Positions 1 through 12,520 are shown, counted from the stretch's first letter. The stretch: DNA of 52,881 nucleotides from Octopus bimaculoides (GCF_001194135.2 NC_068981.1:159071402-159124282), one strand, 5' to 3'. Notes: generated by a model from the sequence alone, not told the origin. Made by a program: numbers and translations.

Positions 1-36
<36 letters not shown>

Positions 37-444
37 GTGCATCATCGTAATCACTTTACATCCACCTTTCTATGCTTGCTTCTGTTAGAATTTGTTGAAA
101 TAGAATTTATGTGGCTGGATGCCTTTCCTGTTGTCAACCCCCACCAACTTCGAAGTTATGAAGTTTTGTATCTGAGATGTCAGATATAAACAAACAATGA
201 GACTGAAGATGAAAAAAGAGTAATGGGTATATATGCCACGTCTTTTGCTTGTTCCAGTCATTGGACTGCAGCCATGCTGGTGCACACACTTCAAGGGTTT
301 AGTCAAACAAATAGACCCCAGTACTTACTTTTCTAAATCTAATACTTATTCTATTATTCTCTTTTGCCTTACTGCTAAGTTATGAGGACATAAATAAACC
401 GGTTGTCAAGCAGTGGCAGGGAACAAATACAAAGACAAACACAC

Positions 445-600
445 AGAGGCATGGCTGTGCGTTTGAGCAGCTTGCTTCCCAACCATGCGGTCTTGGGTTC
501 AGTGCCTCTGTGTGACACCTTGAGCAATTGTCTTCTTCCTTAACCATGGGCTAATTAAAGCCTTGTGAGTGGCAATGGTAGATGGAAACTGAAAGAAGCC
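445..600 (+). mobile_element. tRNA-derived SINE, 5' half, ending at a (TG)n tract
   Basis: Diverged copy of the head seen at 19086-19480 (ggctgtg..ttgcttcccaaccat..gggttcagt..accttgagcaa..ggaaactgaaagaagccc). Confidence 0.75.
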
Positions 601-601
601 C

Positions 602-645
<44 letters not shown>

Positions 646-699
646 CATATATTTGAGCGTATGTGTGTGTGTGTAAATGATGTGATGATATAAATATAT

Positions 700-706
700 A
701 TCATCA

Positions 707-740
<34 letters not shown>

Positions 741-1180
741 TAACCTTCGCTTTCCATGCTGGCATGGGTTGGACAGTTTGACAGGAGCTGACCAGGTAGA
801 AGGCTACTGTGCTTGTTTTGGCATGGTTTTTATGGCTGGATGCCCTTCCTAACACCAACCACTCTGCAGAGTGGACTGGATGCTTTTTATGTAGCACCAG
901 CACTAGCAGGGTTTCCAAGTAATTTGCAAGACATAGAATTTTGAAAGGGGAGGGGGCATTAAAGGAGGTAATCTTGTGTTCAATGATGAAAGATTAGAGT
1001 GTGACAGAGAGACAGAGAGGCAGAAACAGGCTTCAACATAGTTTCTGTTTAACAAATTTACTCACTAGGCATTGGTCGTTCTGGGGCTATAGTAGAAAAC
1101 ACCTGCCCAAGATACTCCACAGTGGGATTGAACCTTAAACCACACGACTGCAAAGCAAGCTTCTTAACAACACAGCCATG
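700..1180 (-). mobile_element. Composite of an RTE-type 3' tail with (CAT)n and a SINE 5' part
   Basis: (cat)n followed by ttccatgctggcatgggttggac; SINE head cctgcccaag..cagtgggattgaacc on the minus strand. Confidence 0.65.
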
Positions 1181-1599
1181 GCAGAACCAGTTGTATAGGG
1201 AGAATTATAGGAAGTTATTTATGTCAAGTGTCTTCTGACTAATACAATCACTGATATGATTTCTGAAGAATATTACAGGATACAAAAATATTTATAATCT
1301 CTGGTGGATGTTTACTCTGATTAACTCTTGAAGCAGGAGATAGAAATTATCTTATTCCAAAAGATATCAACATTCTCAAAGATATAAAGATTACAATAAG
1401 AGGAACCAAATTTAGGATTACAGTGTAAAAGGAAATTTATAGTTACACAGTTCCTATCATGATTGTCTTATATGCATATATGTAGCTTTTCAAAAGATAT
1501 TATCATCCTCATTACATAATATTGTCATTTTAAAAAGCGAAAAGGGAACTAAAATTACCTTAAGACATATGAACGAGCTGAAGGTCACAACAAATGCTC

Positions 1600-1649
<50 letters not shown>

Positions 1650-2409
1650 ATACACACACATACACACACACACACACAAAGAGAGAATTACACAGAAAAA
1701 AAAACAAATAACAAAAATATATAGTACACAAATACAAATCTGATTTCTCTCTCCAAAATAATTTTAAGTTCAATGTTATTCTGTTTGTTTGTAAAATATA
1801 ACCTTGCAGTCAGTAGTTTTATATCATTAAATATGTGTTTTTATTTTTCTCTTCTAATAATAATGAATGGATTTAGTTAGAATTTCTGACTAGGAGTGTT
1901 GAATGGTTTGATCAACTGAACTATTAGAACCATTGAATAAGTGTGTGAGTGTGTCTTAGCCGTGTGATAAACCCCTGGGCTGATCAATGCACTAGGGCCT
2001 ATATATTTATTGACAAATCACAGCTTACATAAATCAGAATTGGGCCCCAAGGCCTATGTAGCAATGAAGCCTCCAGGTAACTACTCTGTGTGCTTGTGCC
2101 TTAAGACAAGCGCTGTATAAGTGGTTGAGTATTCCACAGACATATGTACCCTTAATGTAATTCTCAAGTAGAATCAGTGTGGTACAATATGTGACAACAC
2201 TGGATTATTGAATTACTGATACAATCCATCTGATGGATTTTTTACACAGTTTCCATCTATCCACTCACAAGGTATGGGTTGACCTGTATCTAGAAAATGA
2301 CACTTGCCCAAGATGCTATGCAATGGAATAGAAACTGTAACATCATGATTATGAAGTGAACTTTGTAACCATTTGGCCATGCTGCACCTATTTTTTATTA
2401 TAGTTTATC

Positions 2410-2700
2410 ATCGTCATCATCATCATTTGACGTCTGTTTACCATGCTGGCATGGGTTGGACAGTTTGACTGAAAAATGGTAAGCTGGGGAGCTGCACTAG
2501 GTTCCAATCTGGTTTGGCATGGTTTCTACAGCTGGATGCTCTTCCTAACACCAACCACTCCAAGAGTGGTTTTTATGTGCCACCAGCACAGGTGCCAGTT
2601 ACAAAATACCAGCATTGGCCACAACTATGATCTCACTTGGCTTGACAGGTTTCTCAGACATGGTATATTAGCAAAGGTCTCGGTCATTTGTCATTGCCTC
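2410..2700 (-). mobile_element. RTE LINE 3'-tail fragment
   Basis: catcatcatttgacgtctgtttaccatgctggcatgggttggac, the reverse complement of the tail at 40.9-41.0 kb. Confidence 0.7.
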
Positions 2701-3289
2701 AGCTCTGTAAATATATGTTCTGAGTGGAACAAGATATTTTAATGGATTGTTTCTTTTGAAAGCCTTATTTATTAAGGCTTTGCCTTGGAAGACCATATCC
2801 CTGCTCTGCTCGCCGCTATTGGGGCAAAGATGGCTGTCTACAAGCCTCGTGAGTCAGAATGGCTGTTCCAGCATATCACCCTCACTATCCTCAAGGGCAA
2901 CACCTTTTGAATTTTGAGATGGTCTGAGTTACAGGAAATTGCATGTTCCACTCCTTAATACAATTTTAACTAAATACAAAATTTAAATTTTGAGACACAT
3001 ACCCATATGCTCATATATTCCACTTCCCTACTCTAATACATGTTAGCTGTAGATTTGTTCTGTATATCACATGTGATACACAAGACCTTTCCATGGTGTC
3101 CATGCATTCTATATGATACACATTCCCAATTTCCTTCAGCTACCAGAGTAACTTTGAACTTATGAAGGGAAAACTTGATGTTACTCAGAATGTATATGAA
3201 GAGAAGGGCTAATTCTCATTTGCATGCTTTGACGGTTTCACATATGAAAACAAATTAATAATTTGAAAAATAAGCCAGATTTTACTTAC

Positions 3290-3353
3290 TATTGAGAGAA
3301 GGCAAGACAAACATGTTAACAAACAAGTTTATGGTCATTTGAAACTGTTTCTC
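3290..3353 (-). CDS. LBP/BPI: LBP/BPI exon: EKQFQMTINLFVNMFVLPSLN, phase 0 to 1
   Basis: Acceptor TTTATTTCAG|GAG; donor A|GTAAGT; 64 bp; VLP-x-x-N motif. Confidence 0.9.
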
Positions 3354-3419
3354 CTGAAATAAAGGAAAATTTTAAAATTACTTTTTCTTTTCAAGTTTGA
3401 AATAAAATAAAGCATTATT

Positions 3420-3840
3420 CTTTTATTCTTTTTTCTTTTACTTGTTTCAGTCATTTTGATAGCAGCCATGCTGGAGCAACACCTTGAAGGATTTTGGTTG
3501 AACAAATTGACCCCAGGATTTACTTTTTTTAAGCCTAGTACTTATTGTATCAGTCTCTTTTGCCAAACCACTAAGTTATTGGGATGTAAACACACCAACA
3601 CTAGTTGTCAAGTGGTGATGAGGAGACAAACACAGACATAAAGACACACACACATGGATAAAAACATACATACATACATATATAAATATATATATATATA
3701 TATATATGACGGGCTCAGTTTCTGGCTATCAAATCCACTCACAAGGCTTTTGTCAGCCCAAGGCTATAGTAGAAAACACTTGCCCAAGGTGCCATGCAAT
3801 GGGACTGAACCCAGAACCATGTGGTTAGGAAACTTCACAG
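3420..3840 (-). mobile_element. tRNA-derived SINE, near full length
   Basis: Colinear with the copies at 24781-25218 and 35805-36253, with a central microsatellite. Confidence 0.85.
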
Positions 3841-4314
3841 CTATGTCTGCACATTCTAGATTTTATTAGAATTTTCCTTATTCCGTAAACTCAATTTGCT
3901 GTTATCTATCCTAATTTCAGATTTGGCTGGAAAACAAAGATAAGTGGAGTACAAGCCAAACTATTGATAATTATGAAAACCAGAACCAAGTTCTTGAATC
4001 ATATGTACTTCTTTGTTTATACTTCATGAAAATTAACTGAAGTTAAGTTTCATTGATAGTTAACATTATCAAGATGCAAACCTGATTATATAGTTTTTTA
4101 AACATTTAAGATGAAATATATAGAGATTTATTTGCAACGCTATATAACATTATAAACAAAGACAATGAGATTGGATGATGTTCATGCATTTGCTACATAA
4201 GATACATGAACTGATTTCAAATGAAATTCAAAATTAGCTTGAAGATTTGGCTTACTGTGAATTTATTGCCTGTTCTCTAGTGCTTGTTATAATTTGAATA
4301 ATTCTGGCCATTTC

Positions 4315-4351
<37 letters not shown>

Positions 4352-4379
4352 ACTTTCCTGGTTTCGATGTATGACGATC

Positions 4380-5125
4380 TGACAACCTACTCTTTCTTTG
4401 TCAGTCATAATGCTTATGTTAAATGTGACATTTAAGTCCTGCGATGATTTGCAAAGAAGCTTGCTGTTCTTGCAAGTTTGAGGATTATGGGTCAGTGCAG
4501 GCAGTATATTTGTAGCTACTTTTCTCCTTTGCCTTGTACCCCTTTGCCTGTTTATGCTGGTTGAAACAAAGTCTCTTATGCCATTTTGACACGATGATCT
4601 CCATTCTGTTCACTCCAAGGCTGTTTGCTCAGCACTGTTGTGAGCTATATTGACTGCTGAGAGGCTACTCTTCAGCTTGTCTTTATATCTGAGCCATGAT
4701 TGACCAGCATTCCTGTATCCCCTATCAAGCTAGCTACACATGAAGATTTGGGATATGCCTTCGTCACTCATTCTGATGGCATGACCAGCTCAGAGCAATT
4801 GTAACTGCATAAGGAAGCTCTCAGTTCCATCAGTCTTACACTTGCTAAACAGATCAACATTAGACACTATCTTTTAGTGTATTACCACAGATTGTCCTGA
4901 GACATTTAGTTGGTTTATGTGCCACCTATAGAGTGTCCATGATTCTGAGCCATACAAAAAGAGTAGTAAGAACGATAGCTTAATAGACTTGTACTTCGGT
5001 GTCAAGTTTAATGTCCTTTTCATTTTATAGGTGATGATGGAGTTTGCCAAATATGTTGGTTGCTTTTGCAGCAAACAATTCAGTGAACAACTTGTATAGG
5101 ATTCTGAGAATTATGATTCCCTTAC
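4380..5125 (-). mobile_element. RTE-clade LINE remnant (RT C-terminal region), degraded
   Basis: Minus-strand peptides FLYGSESWTLYR and QLQLL*AGHAIRMSDEGI match the RTE YGxExW and LRWAGHVxRM motifs. Confidence 0.8.
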
Positions 5126-5128
5126 AGT

Positions 5129-5420
5129 TCACGCTGAAGAGAAGCAGACATTCGGTAAGAGTGTTAATTTCGAAACCGGTCCGCGAATAATAATGTTTTA
5201 TTTATGTAATTTTTACTGTCTTGCCCGCATACGTTTTGGTATTTCGCTGAATTTCTTTTGAGAACCATTAGGTCTTAGTAGACACAACATGTGATCTATT
5301 TCTAGTACATTAAATGTCCACTTTAGTGGTCATCGTTATATATAAACATATACTTTAATCCCCTAAGATCTCAGATATTTTTTCTGAATCTCTCTGATTC
5401 TTTAAATGTGTTAGCTTCCT
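5129..5420 (+). mobile_element. Penelope-like (pLTR/UTR-type) repeat carrying a hammerhead-like motif
   Basis: A homologous inverted copy lies at 12770-13087; CTGAAGA..GAAACCGGTC core at 5134-5181. The family assignment is inferred from the motif. Confidence 0.5.
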
Positions 5421-5469
5421 GGTAATAAATCGATATTAATTAATATCTGATTTTTTTCCCTATGTTTTA

Positions 5470-5730
5470 ATTTTATATATATCGGAGTAAGCACATGAAA
5501 TGTGCAACAAGGTGGAATAAAGAGTACTCAAATACCAGAGGTAGAGTAATATGCTTTATTTAAAAGCAGCAGAAATATAACAAAAAAACCGTTACTCTGA
5601 GTTTCACGTTCCCGTTCATCGGACAATTTTGTTTGTCCGATGAACGGGAACGTGAAACTCAGAGTAACGGTTTTTTTGTTATATTTCTGCTGCTTTTAAA
5701 TAAAGCATATTACTCTACCTCTGGTATTTG
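5470..5730. repeat. Perfect palindrome (98-bp arms 5529-5626 and 5633-5730) in a Penelope-like repeat, running into a gap
   Basis: Arms are reverse complements by direct reading; loop ttttgt. Confidence 0.9.
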
Positions 5731-5892
5731 NNNNNNNNNNNNNNNNNNNNNNNNNNNNNNNNNNNNNNNNNNNNNNNNNNNNNNNNNNNNNNNNNNNNNN
5801 NNNNNNNNNNNNNNNNNNNNNNNNNNNNNNNNNNNNNNNNNTAATTATTAATTTTTACCCTATATCTGTATATATATATATTCTTTTCTTCT

Positions 5893-6091
5893 CTAGGCGC
5901 AAGGCCCAAAATTTTTGGGGAGGGGGCCAGTCGATTAGATTGATCCCTGTATGCAACTGGTACTTAATTTATCAACCCCGAAAGGATGAAAGGCAAAGTC
6001 GACCTCAGCGGAATTTGAACTCAGAATGTAAAGACAGACAAAATACTGCTACGCATTTCACCCGGCATACTAACATTTCTGCCAGCTCACC
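5893..6091 (-). mobile_element. Second tRNA-derived SINE family
   Basis: Head ggtgagctggcagaaa on the minus strand; homologous copies at about 9370-9585 and 39510-39710. Confidence 0.8.
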
Positions 6092-6112
6092 TTATATATA
6101 TACATACATACA

Positions 6113-6148
<36 letters not shown>

Positions 6149-6346
6149 CATATATATATATATATATTTATTTATTTATTTATTTATTAGTATGTCTTAC
6201 TAGTTGATATACAAGATTTAACAAGTTCTCACAACTATAGATAAGAAAACAATAAAAAACAAAACAAAAACAAGCAATATTGATAACATAGCTCTTGTTT
6301 GACATATGATGTTTGAAAGTGATTTTAAAAAAATCATTATACTTAC

Positions 6347-6392
6347 ATTAATTTTAATGGGTAAGCCTTTACTAATCACACCCAGTTTTACG
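6347..6392 (-). CDS. LBP/BPI: LBP/BPI exon: VKLGVISKGLPIKIN, phase 2 to 0
   Basis: Acceptor TATTATTGCAG|C; donor AAT|GTAAGT; 46 bp; phases fit both neighbours. Confidence 0.82.
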
Positions 6393-7529
6393 CTGCAATA
6401 ATACATAAATAATATCGGTAAGTATTTATTGCATATGGAACACACATAGAAACTTAAGTATATGCATGCATGCCAGAATCTTTTTGAAGAACATAAAAAT
6501 GATAGATTAACTCTTTGCCATTCAGACAACCCTGTTAAATGTAATGCTTATTTATTCACATTGTTTTCAGTTATCATGCATTATCTCTTGGCTTTGAGAT
6601 TTTGATGATGTTATTATACATTTTTAGAATGACATTGTAGGGTAGGTATGGCCAGTTTGAGCATGAAAGAGGTAGAATATTTTGACTGGATATAACCAGT
6701 TTAAACACTAAAGGGTTAAGGGTTAAATTGTTGGATTATCATCTTCAGAATGATAACAATGAGACGAAAACTGGAAAGGACTTGAATATAAAAAAAGAAT
6801 GCACTGAACTGGGCAATACAAAGCGACTATATAAGTACATAAAAATGTGATCACAATTATATTTACTTGCAATGGAACAAATTTAATGTTTTAGCAGTGG
6901 TGGCTTGTGTATAGGAACTACAGAACTGCAGCACCCACTATTTCCACTTGATGTTATCGATAACATTCAAAATAATGAGTCCTTTTTTCTTGAATTCTTT
7001 CTTTATACTTGTACATTATACAATCCTTAAGCTTAATGTCAGTAGCTATTCCCTAGTTTATGAAAAAATACAAAAATCCTTGTATAAAATTGTGCGCTTC
7101 ACAGTTCTCGCAATGCAGTGTTTGGCTGTTGTGCACTTGCCTGAGATAAGAAGCTTCACACTATGGAGAGAGAGCACTGCATGAACGACAGTGCCAGGTG
7201 AAAGGTAGTGTTTCTTTTTGTTGCTTAAAAAAGTGTTTATATTCTTGAATGTGATAAAGTGTAGAATTAGATTATTATCCTGCTTCCAACTTCAGTGCAG
7301 CTGCCAGGATTTGAAAAATAGGGCAGATTTAAAAGTGAATCGAATGCAGATGCACTAGGCTTACATCTAAAGAATACATGAAAAAGGGCCAAAAAGTGTA
7401 TATTCGTGCATTTTTCTGCAGCATCATAGTTTCATGATGGTTACACTTAGTTACAACTGTCATGCTGCTGTTGCCACCACCACCACCCACCTCCACCTCC
7501 ACCTCCTCATTTTTACATCCACTTATCCA

Positions 7530-7900
7530 TGCTTGCATGAGTCAGATAAAATTTGCTGAGGCAGATTCTCTATGGCCAGATACCCTTCCTGTCCCCAACC
7601 CTCACTTGTTATCAAGTAAGGTAATATTTTCCCATGACCAGACATGTTTTCCAAAAGGAACATTGCTTTCATGATGGTTACACTTAGTTACAACTGTCAC
7701 GTGATGTCAAGGCAAGGAGACAGTAACACACACGCATGATGAGTTTCTTTCAGTTTCCATCTATCAAATATCATTCACAAAGCCTTGGTTGGTTTAGGGC
7801 TATTGTAGAAGACACTTGCCCAAGATGCCATGCAGTGGGACTGAACCTGGAACAATGTGGTTGGGAAGCAAACTTCTTGCTACACAGCCAAACCTGCATT
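7530..7900 (-). mobile_element. tRNA-derived SINE (variant with different 3' half)
   Basis: Head gacacttgcccaag..cagtgggactgaacc at 7810-7850. Confidence 0.7.
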
Positions 7901-8019
7901 GAAATTATAGCCTACATGTAATATAAATGAAAAACAAATTAGCTTGTTTATTGTTCTATTGTAAAACATGTATATAATAATATTTAATATTCAAATAAAA
8001 TAATAAAAATGAAACATAC

Positions 8020-8087
8020 CTCAATGCAGAAAGTTTGAAGTGAATAATTTGTTTGACAATATCAGATTTCCCTTCAGCATGAATTGT
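8020..8087 (-). CDS. LBP/BPI: LBP/BPI exon: TIHAEGKSDIVKQIIHFKLSAL(S), phase 0 to 2
   Basis: Acceptor CACTTTTCAG|ACA; donor AG|GTATGT; 68 bp. Confidence 0.87.
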
Positions 8088-8755
8088 CTGAAAAGTGAAA
8101 CAAGATATGAAATGTTTAAATAGGTATAAAAGAAATGAATAAAAAACTAATTGATATTATCTTAGCTAAGTTGTTTGTTTCTATCCTTGTTTTGAGCACA
8201 TCAAGTAGCATATTGTGAATAACCTGAATTTCATGCCTTCTTGTCTTATGTATATAATCTGAGAATAGGAATCTAGCAATTTGCTGAAATTTCTAGAAAA
8301 ATATTTTTCCTTTGTATTTTACAATCCATAAATTTAATATTCAACTTATTAAGAAACTAGAGTTTTTCAAGCATATCTTTATGCTCATTAAAAGCCAATG
8401 AGTTTACATTAAGTTTTGACTGAGGTGACTAAGCTAACAAAAGACAATGATTCTTGCAATACCAGAACTCTTAAGCATGTCCTTAACAGCATACATGCAC
8501 ACTAAATTCGCAATCACTATTCCCTTTGCTCTCATTTTGAAAGAAAATGAGTAAGTAAATTTTAAAACAATAGATTTGAAACTAATGATATCTAAAATAA
8601 TTTTTGTTAGAATCAACATTTTTAGAGTATTTCTATCTTACAATTTAAAATTTTAAAAATTTGACTGAAATAAAAAGAAAAAAAGAAAGAAAAGAAAGCA
8701 AAAGAAAAAAAAAAGCATGAAATGAAAACTAATGAAAGGGAAACATTGAACTCAC

Positions 8756-8920
8756 CAAGGGTAAAATGAGGAGAGGTTTGTTAGGGCTGTCGGTAGAGAG
8801 ATAAAGGTAGACAGAAAGGTAAAGATCAAGAAGCATATTGCCAGATTTAATGTAGACATCTGGCATTTGAAATGATTCCACAAACACTGACAGCTTTTGG
8901 TTGGGATACTGTTTACCAAT
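8756..8920 (-). CDS. LBP/BPI: LBP/BPI exon: IGKQYPNQKLSVFVESFQMPDVYIKSGNMLLDLYLSVYLYLSTDSPNKPLLILPL, phase 0 to 0
   Basis: Acceptor TTCATTGTAG|ATT; donor TTG|GTGAGT; 165 bp; K-Q-YPN matches the BPI KKFPN segment. Confidence 0.9.
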
Positions 8921-9369
8921 CTACAATGAAAATATAAAATCAGAAGACATTTTGAATTTATTAATTTTTTCATAGTTATTACCATTAATTATCATTATTA
9001 AATATTATTATTAGGAGCAGAGAAGTGGTATGGATCAGTGGAATCACTAGGGCATTGGACAAAATACCTTGCAGTATTTACCTATTGCTCTTTAAGTTTT
9101 GAGTTCCATGGAGGTCAGTTTTGCATTTCATAAAGTACCAGCCAAGTACTGAGTTTAATGTAATTGACTAACCCCCTCTACCCAAAACTGATGTCCTTGT
9201 GCCTAATTTCAAAACAATATTATGAGTAAGGAATCAGTAAAAGTGGTAAACCATCAGACTAACCACCTTACAGTATTTAGTTCTATTGCTTTACATTTCA
9301 AATAAATTTTTTTATCTGTTCTGACTTTTTACCATGCCTTCCATGCTTCTGAAATTGATAATATAGATT

Positions 9370-9585
9370 TCAAATTTTAGCACAAAGCCAACAAGCTTGG
9401 AGGAGCAGGGACGGATAAGTTGATTACAACAACTCCAGGACTCAACTGGTACTTATTTTATCGACCCTGAAAGGATGAAAGGCAAAGTCAACCTCGGAAG
9501 AATTTGAACTCCAAATGTGAAGGATAGCAAAATGCAGCTAAGCATTTTGTCCAACATGCTAATGATTCAGCCAATTTGCCACCTT
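9370..9585 (-). mobile_element. Second SINE family copy
   Basis: ggtacttattttatcgaccctgaaaggatgaaaggcaaagtcaacctcgg, shared with 5893-6091. Confidence 0.75.
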
Positions 9586-10163
9586 AACTGAAGTTGATAA
9601 TATAAATAGCAGAGTTAATACAGTTGGCCTTACTCTCCCAACAAGTTTCGGATTTTGTGTCAATGTATATTTAAATATATGTGTATTTCTAAATGCATGT
9701 CTTTAGATATATATATGCACTACACGGGAATTTCTAAATGCAAAATCTAAATACACATTGTGCTAATGTGTATTTACATTTTGTGCCAATCTGTATTTAG
9801 ATACAATTTTTTAAATTCCGAGTTCATCTTTTCAAATTACTACAAGCATCGGTAACATGAGTTTTACAAATGTTATTTTCATTTCTTCAGAACTTTCAAG
9901 CTTTATTTCAAAAGTAGAAAAAAATAAAATATTACTCAGAGTTCAGTTCTTTGTGATAGTGATTTGAAATGGGGACATAAAGAGGAATCTGTTTTTCTCT
10001 GACAGTGGAACAGTCTAAACCATGAGTCACATGGTTTATCTATTATTGGATTCTTGTTGTTTGAAGGATTACATAAAGAATGCGCAATATTGCATAAACA
10101 TGTAGAAAGAATTTATATAAACATACAATATTTATAATAATAAAGTAATTATGTAAGGCTTAC

Positions 10164-10232
10164 CTCAGGAATCAGATGACCGATACACATGTTGTTACTA
10201 CATGTTGTGTTAAGGATACTCTTGTTTGGAAT
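10164..10232 (-). CDS. LBP/BPI: LBP/BPI exon: IPNKSILNTTCSNNMCIGHLIPE, phase 0 to 0
   Basis: Acceptor TTTCTTTCAG|ATT; donor GAG|GTAAGC; 69 bp; LNTTC..CIG.LIP motif. Confidence 0.93.
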
Positions 10233-10679
10233 CTGAAAGAAAATCAGAATATTCTGTGAGTAATCTCTGCCACCCCCACCACCACACGAATTATATATAA
10301 AACCATATTTAATATAAACCCTGCCAATAATCAGAGTTTTGACATTAAACCTTAGACAATGTCATAAAGTGTATGACTAAAAATTTTCCTTTGCAGCCAT
10401 GTGGTTCTGGGTTCAATCCCATTACATAGCACCTAAGACATATACCTTCTTACTGTAGTCTTGGGTTGGCCAATACATTTTGAGTGGAATTTAGTAGATA
10501 AGAGCTGTGTAGATGCCTATCCAAGTTGGTGTAGATGTGTAGATGCCTATCCATGGGTTGTGACAGTCCAAGTCAGTTCTTATTCATCTTTAGTAAAGGT
10601 TTCTATGGCTTGATGTGCCCTTCCTTACACCAACCACTTTACAGTGTTGTGGTGGATAAAAGGAAGAAAGAAACTAAGA

Positions 10680-10950
10680 TCATAGATATTGTCATACATG
10701 AGGATGGACACATGGGTGACAAAGAGCTGGAAAAGATTGAAAAACACAAGCTACTAAAAGACAAAATTGCATAAATGTGGGCAATGAAGTGAGTAGCTGT
10801 CATCCCAATAGTTGTAAGGGCACTAGGAGCATTAACAAGGTTTGAGAAATATGTCAGAGGAATTGGAATTGACATGAGGGATGAACTTGCTCAAAAAACT
10901 GCTCTATTAGGGACAACAAGGATTTTGAGATTGGTATTTGGATACTAATG
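10680..10950 (+). mobile_element. R4/Dong-type non-LTR retrotransposon, restriction-like endonuclease end
   Basis: KIIDIVIHED..KELEKIEKHKLL..VIPIVVRALGA..AQKTALLGTTRILR; stops present. Confidence 0.75.
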
Positions 10951-11299
10951 ACTTGTAGGGACACAATATTTCGTTATGCAACCATAATATACTACAAAGT
11001 ATATCAAACGTTTTTATAAGTCAATACCATGTTCTGCTGTGTTAGCAGTGCTCTTACATCACTCATTAAGATTATCTCTACAGATTTTCTATAGAAATTA
11101 TAGCAGTGCTCTTATCCTGTCTCATTTCATCTCAGATACGGAGTGTCATAACAAAATCAGTGCTATACTTTCTACAGAAAATCTGTAGGGATAACCTTAA
11201 CAAGTGGTACTTGGATATTAAGTATCATGGAAAGAGACCCTGCGAGACCTTTGACAATAGGTTGCTGTCTGCTCTTACAGAATTAGCTGGAGCAAGTAA

Positions 11300-12175
11300 A
11301 ATTGAGAGCTCTTGTGAAGAACACAGAGAGGCTAAGTCAGAAATGAAAAAGAAAATCCTGAAAAAGTTTGCAGTTGTAAGACATGCTGATATGCATGATA
11401 GAGAAACACTTTATAAACTCTCAAATGCAATCCAAAATAAAATTTAAAAAAAAACAAATTAAAATTGGCAACTATGAAACAAAAGAAAATCATACAAGAA
11501 TTAAAATTTGATCCCACTGAGTTAGATGAAATTTATGCATCTGCTAAGGCAATTGAAACCACATGTATGCTTCTGAAACCAATGTAATGAAAAATAGAGT
11601 AGACTCAAAATACCGATACTGCAATGATGATATTGAAACAGTAGACCACTTAATCTCTGAGCATAAAGTTTTAGCACCTAGAGTATAAATTAAGACACGA
11701 CAGAGTTGGCCAATATCTACACTGGTTAATATGTCAGCATTACAAAATCAAAACTGTTGACAAATGGTACAAGCACCACCCTGAGACTGTAACTGAGGGA
11801 GAAAATGTAATGATTTTTGAGACTTTCCAGTACAAAAAGACCTGACCATCAAAGCTAATAAACCAGATATTGTTGTGAAATAACAAAACAATGAAGTCTG
11901 TTTATTGATTGATATGAGCATACCTTGTGATTATAATATCTCAGCAAAAGAATTTGATAAGCTCAAAAAATGTAAAGATCTGATTGAAATTGTAAAGAAA
12001 TGTAGTATCTCAAGATGGTTACAATACCAGTGATTGTAGGATCACTTGGAATAATCAAAAAAAGAACTGAAAATTATTTGAGGATGATCCCTGGCTTACC
12101 ATCCATGCAAGAAGTGTAAAAGATTGTTTTAACAGGTATGTCACATGTACTGAGAAGAGCATTATTGCTGTGAAT
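11300..12175 (+). mobile_element. R4/Dong-type non-LTR retrotransposon, C-terminal remnant (Zn-finger + REL endonuclease)
   Basis: Fragments CNDDIETVDH, RHDRV, ANKPDIVV, LLIDMSIPCD, IPVIVGSLGII; frameshifted. Confidence 0.8.
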
Positions 12176-12420
12176 TTTCTTTCCTTTTTTCCCCTTTATT
12201 TTCTTTGTTTTCTGGGGTTTTTTTCCCCTATTTAAAAATTCTTACCCTTTTCTTTCTTTCTCCCCTCCCCTTTTTTTCCCCCAATTTTCACATAACTTTG
12301 TAAATGAACAATCTGGTGTGGTCATTTAAATAGCTTACAAATGAATACAGTGAGTTTCTTGGTCCTAAATGTCAGGAAGATACTTGGCAAGAAACAGAAA
12401 CAAAATTGAAAGAAGAGAAT

Positions 12421-12471
12421 AATAATAATGATGATAATAATAATAATATTAATAATAATAACAATAATAAC

Positions 12472-12519
<48 letters not shown>
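12421..12519. repeat. (AAT)n microsatellite
   Basis: About 100 bp of aat with a few aac/gat variants, about 10 bp from the donor at 12530. Confidence 0.95.

Positions 12520-12520
<1 letters not shown>

Noticed and set aside
1-3289. Search for the last two BPI exons (GxPLP-type)
   Set aside because: No open phase-1 exon with family motifs was found; they are probably left of the window.
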